DNA of 64,000 nucleotides from an uncultured Thermoleophilia bacterium (GTDB lineage Bacteria; Actinomycetota; Thermoleophilia; UBA2241): NCBI GenBank assembly GCA_963814545.1, contig CAWFDC010000019.1, positions 229,872 to 293,871 of the forward strand, read 5' to 3'. Shown piece by piece: positions 60,901 to 64,000 of this stretch (position 1 is its first letter; each line of letters starts with the position of its first letter). The notes under the pieces were generated by a model. It saw only the letters and a program-made list of their open reading frames with translations, ran no database searches and was not told where the DNA came from. The position numbers and the translations under genes were made by a program.

Positions 60901-62512
60901 GGTGTACACCGTCTGGGCGACCAACGTGTTGAGCTTCACCACGCCGACGAAGCTGGCGTTCACGTCGGTGCCGGTCTTTCCCCCGGCGGGATTTCCGTTC
61001 AGCGTGACCGTGCAGGCGCAGGATGCCAACGGCAAACCGCAGGCGGTGACGAGCGCTACGACGGTGCAATTGAGCAAGAGTTCCGGCTCCGGGACCTTGA
61101 GCGGAACGCTCAGTGGCACGCTTATCAACGGGAGCAGCAGCGTGGTGATCTCGGGGGCGCTCTATTCGGCGGCGGACACGATGACCTTGACGGCCACGGC
61201 GGTTTCGGGGATGAGCTTGACGGCCGGAGTCAGCCCGCCCATTACGTTCATGCCGCCAGATTTGACTTGGGACGCCAATGGCAGTGGCGCGGGGGTGCGC
61301 GATGGCGGGGGCGTGTGGATCAACACCACCAATACCTGGTGGAACGGCACAACGAACCTGAACTGGGCCGACAACTACAATGCCCGGTTCGGCTCGGGCG
61401 GCGCGGGCGGAACCATCACCCTGGACACGGTCACCGCCAACCGGGTCACGTTCACCAACTTCAGCGGCACCTACACGCTGACGAGTGGCACCCTGAAGGT
61501 GGTGAGCAATCTGACAGTTGCCAATTCGGCCGGCTCCGTGGTGCTCACCTACATCATCGGCGGTACGGGCGGGGTGACGATGGACAGCTACGGCTCATTG
61601 CGCATTTACGGCCTGAGCCCCAACACCTACAGCGGTGGCACGATCATCAACCGCGGCACGCTGATTTGGGGCACCATGGTCAACGGGATAAGTCCCGAGT
61701 GCAATCATGCCCTGGGAAGCGGGCCGGTCACGCTCAACAGCGGGGCCACGCTGCAATTTGAGAAGGCCAGTCCCACCAATGCCTTGATCCTGAATGGCGG
61801 CACCTTCCAATCGCAGAACGGGTGGGGGGTGACATGGAAGGGGCCAGTCACCGTCAATTCGAATACGACCTTGCAGGCGAACTACAGTATGGCGTTCAGC
61901 GGCAACATCAGCGGCGCCGGTGGCTTCACCAAGACGGGCGGCAACACGGTGACCTTCTCCGGCACCAACACCTGCACCGGGGCCAATGTGGTGCGGGCCG
62001 GCACGCTGTCCTGCTCGCGGGCGGTGTCGCTGGGCGCCGGCGCCTTGAGCATCAGCAACGGGGCGGTGGCCAACCTCAACTACAGTGGCACGCGGACGAT
62101 CCTCGCCTTGACGCTCGGCGGCACCAACATGCTCGCCGGGGTGTATGGCTCCGCCAGTTCTTCGGCCACCAACAAGGACTCGCATTTCAGCGGCACCGGC
62201 ACGGTGACCGTGCTTGCGCCCAGCACCCTAACCAACCCTGTATCGCTTGATCTCGGCGAGCGGGGTTGGTGGAACAAGGACGCGGCGTTCACCCTCGTCA
62301 CGCGCGGCCCGCAGCGCCTTGGCCGCAGCGTCACCACCGGCCGTTGGCGTTTCACCCAATGGAGCGACGGGCCCACCGGACTCTACGACCACGACGCCGA
62401 TTCCGAGGACACGCGCAACCTGTCCTCCGACGCCGCCGACGCGAAAGTTGTCGTGGAGCTGAAGCAGAGACTCGCCTCGCTCCCGCCGTGGCCGGCCAAA
62501 GCTGGAAAGTAA
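57990..62512 (+). pseudogene. Giant autotransporter-associated beta-strand-repeat protein with a sulfatase-derived C-terminal tail, two frame breaks
   Basis: ATG 57990 (MSNIARNVRFVFISVVVILAAAGVLPSQA). PATR units (GLTKTGANTLTLSGVNTYTGANVVQAGTLS, GFTKTGGNTVTFSGTNTCTGANVVRAGTLS). Breaks at ~58660 and 60751. Continuity runs across track ORFs 57966, 58660 and 60632. Confidence 0.78.
59990..62211 (+). repeat. Intragenic duplication (~620 nt copies at ~59990-60615 and ~61600-62211)
   Basis: …CCCAACACCTACAGCGG(C/T)GGCACGATCATCAA… through …GGCAC(G/C)GGCACGGTGACCGTG occurs in both copies. The encoded segments align throughout (…NTYSGGTII(K/N)RGTLIWG…GATLQFE…LNYSGTR…HFSGTGTVTV). Confidence 0.8.
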
Positions 62513-62546
62513 TTTCCCCGAAGAACACTCCAACGGAACGAAGAGC

Positions 62547-63665
62547 ATGCTGCTCACCAAAACCCTCGCGACCCTCGCTCTGTCCGCCGCCTTCGTTCTC
62601 CGCGCCGCCGCGCCGCCGGAGATATTGCGTCCCGACGACAAGCCCGCCAGCCACTCGAAGAAGGTGAAGGTCTTCATCCTCATGGGCCAGTCGAACATGG
62701 TCGGGATGGGCGACCTCGAGCCGGAGGGCATCAATGGCACGCTCACCACGCTCGTGAAAAAGGAGAAGAAGTATCCGTGGCTGCTCGACGACGCTGGCCG
62801 ATGGACCGTGCGGAAGGATGTCTACTACTACGACGCCCGCGTGAAGAAAGGCGGCCCACTCACCGCCACGTCGAACGGACGCTCCATCGGCCCGGAACTG
62901 GGTTTCGGTTTCGTCATGGGCCAGTTACTCGACGAGCCGGTGCTCGTTCTCAAGTCCTGCATCGGCAACCGCAGCCTCGGCTGGGATTTGCTGCCGCCGG
63001 GCAGCGAGCGCTATCAGGCGGAAGTGACGGAGCGCGGCGGCACGAAGGTCACGAAGGTTTTCGCCGGCTATAAGGACAAGCCCGACTCGTGGGTTGCAGA
63101 GGCGGGCACGGGTACCGCGACCGAGCCGCCCCCGTGGCTCGACAAGAAAACCGGCAAACCCATCGACTGGTATGCCGGCAAGCAATACGACGACGACATG
63201 GCCAACGCCAAGGCTGCGCTCGCCAACCTCGCGAACATTTGTCCCGACTACCGAGGCCAGGGCTACGAAATCGCCGGCTTCGTCTGGTGGCAGGGAAACA
63301 AGGATTCCTTCAACGCCGTCCACGCCGCCCGTTACGAACAGAACCTCGCCCGACTCATCCCGCAGCTTCGCAAGGACTACGACGCGCCCAACGCGAAGTT
63401 CGTCCTCGCCACTGGCTGCGGCGTCACCGGACGCGACGGCCTCGGCCTGCAACTCGCCGAAGCCCAGCTCGCCGTCGGCGATGCGAAGAAGCACCCCGAG
63501 TTTGCCGGCAACGTCAAGGCCGTGGACTCCCGCGACCTCTGGCGCGAGGCCAACGTGTCGCCGAAGAACCAGGGCTACCATTACAATCGCAATGCTGAGA
63601 CCTTCCTGGAAGTCGGCGTCCGCCTGGGCTGGGCCATGGCGGAGTTGTCTAAACTGAACCCGTAA
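62547..63665 (+). CDS. SASA-domain (sialate O-acetylesterase-like) carbohydrate esterase
   Basis: Signal peptide MLLTKTLATLALSAAFVLRAAA. KVKVFILMGQSNMVGMG. WWQGNKD. 372 aa, intact. Confidence 0.85.
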   Translation: MLLTKTLATLALSAAFVLRAAAPPEILRPDDKPASHSKKVKVFILMGQSNMVGMGDLEPEGINGTLTTLVKKEKKYPWLLDDAGRWTVRKDVYYYDARVKKGGPLTATSNGRSIGPELGFGFVMGQLLDEPVLVLKSCIGNRSLGWDLLPPGSERYQAEVTERGGTKVTKVFAGYKDKPDSWVAEAGTGTATEPPPWLDKKTGKPIDWYAGKQYDDDMANAKAALANLANICPDYRGQGYEIAGFVWWQGNKDSFNAVHAARYEQNLARLIPQLRKDYDAPNAKFVLATGCGVTGRDGLGLQLAEAQLAVGDAKKHPEFAGNVKAVDSRDLWREANVSPKNQGYHYNRNAETFLEVGVRLGWAMAELSKLNP

Positions 63666-64000
63666 GCTGGCCGCGCAGTCTCTCACACCATGAAAACCAT
63701 CACTCGCATCTTCCCCCATCTGCGCGAGACCGCCCCGACTGAAAGCGGCTGAAGTTGCAGAAAGAGACCCTGCGATGCCTTTTCACTTCTTTCTGTCAGG
63801 CTCCGCCTGCCACCAGGCCCCAGAGCGCCGTCTCGGCTTCGAGCCAACGAAGACCCGGCCGAAACCGCACCCAATGAGACTTTCAAGGTGGCATGCGCGG
63901 CGGCGAGATTTGGGATGTGGCCGCTTACGCCGATCCTGACGGGCGGGTGCCTGCGGGGCCTTCGTTTCTTGGGCCGGAGTCCACCCGGTTGATTGCCCAT

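Noticed and set aside
63683-64000. Edge ORF on the minus strand (MGNQPGGLRPKKRRPRR…) and a possible plus-strand start at 63893 (MRGGEIWDVAAYADPDGRVPAGPSFLGPESTRLIAH…).
   Set aside because: The minus ORF is compositionally implausible. The plus-strand fragment looks more protein-like, but only 36 codons are visible, which is too little to call.

Overview
GC-rich bacterial chromosomal window. Its gene content looks like a PVC-type (Verrucomicrobiota/Planctomycetota-like) glycan degrader: autotransporter-associated beta-strand-repeat giants, LamG/Ig proteins, a sulfatase, SASA esterases, GH78/GH95/GH106-type hydrolases and an FGE-like enzyme. All product calls come from reading the translations; no searches were run.

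Layout:
(1) 1-8.5 kb holds secreted proteins, including a 1300-aa FG-GAP propeller whose C-terminal third resembles the Tc-toxin A-subunit C-terminus.
(2) 9.5-15 kb is an intact housekeeping block: squalene/phytoene-synthase-like gene, ligA, an rluA-family gene, a NUDIX gene and hslR.
(3) 15.8-18.3 kb encodes a secreted protein with tandem 184-aa repeats.
(4) 18.9-25 kb is an accessory island at tRNA-Thr(TGT). A 48-nt copy of the tRNA 3' end lies 3.8 kb downstream. The island holds two tandem copies (one decayed) of an ERCC4-nuclease cassette, with an AbiEi/AbiEii module between them. No integrase is visible.
(5) 25.7-62.5 kb is a glycan/peptide-degradation region in which nine genes carry about 22 frame breaks and several genes survive only as collapsed remnants or fusions. 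Interspersed genes (SSF transporter, URO-D-like, DUF3326-like, esterases, sulfatase) are intact.

Intergenic DNA is a mosaic of at least five short hairpin/TIR repeat families that nest into each other and abut or supply start and stop codons. No rRNA genes and no CRISPR array were seen.

Most interesting candidates: the tRNA-anchored island with the uncharacterised ERCC4 three-gene cassette, the FG-GAP/TcA-like protein, the non-random clustering of gene decay, and the modular repeat system.
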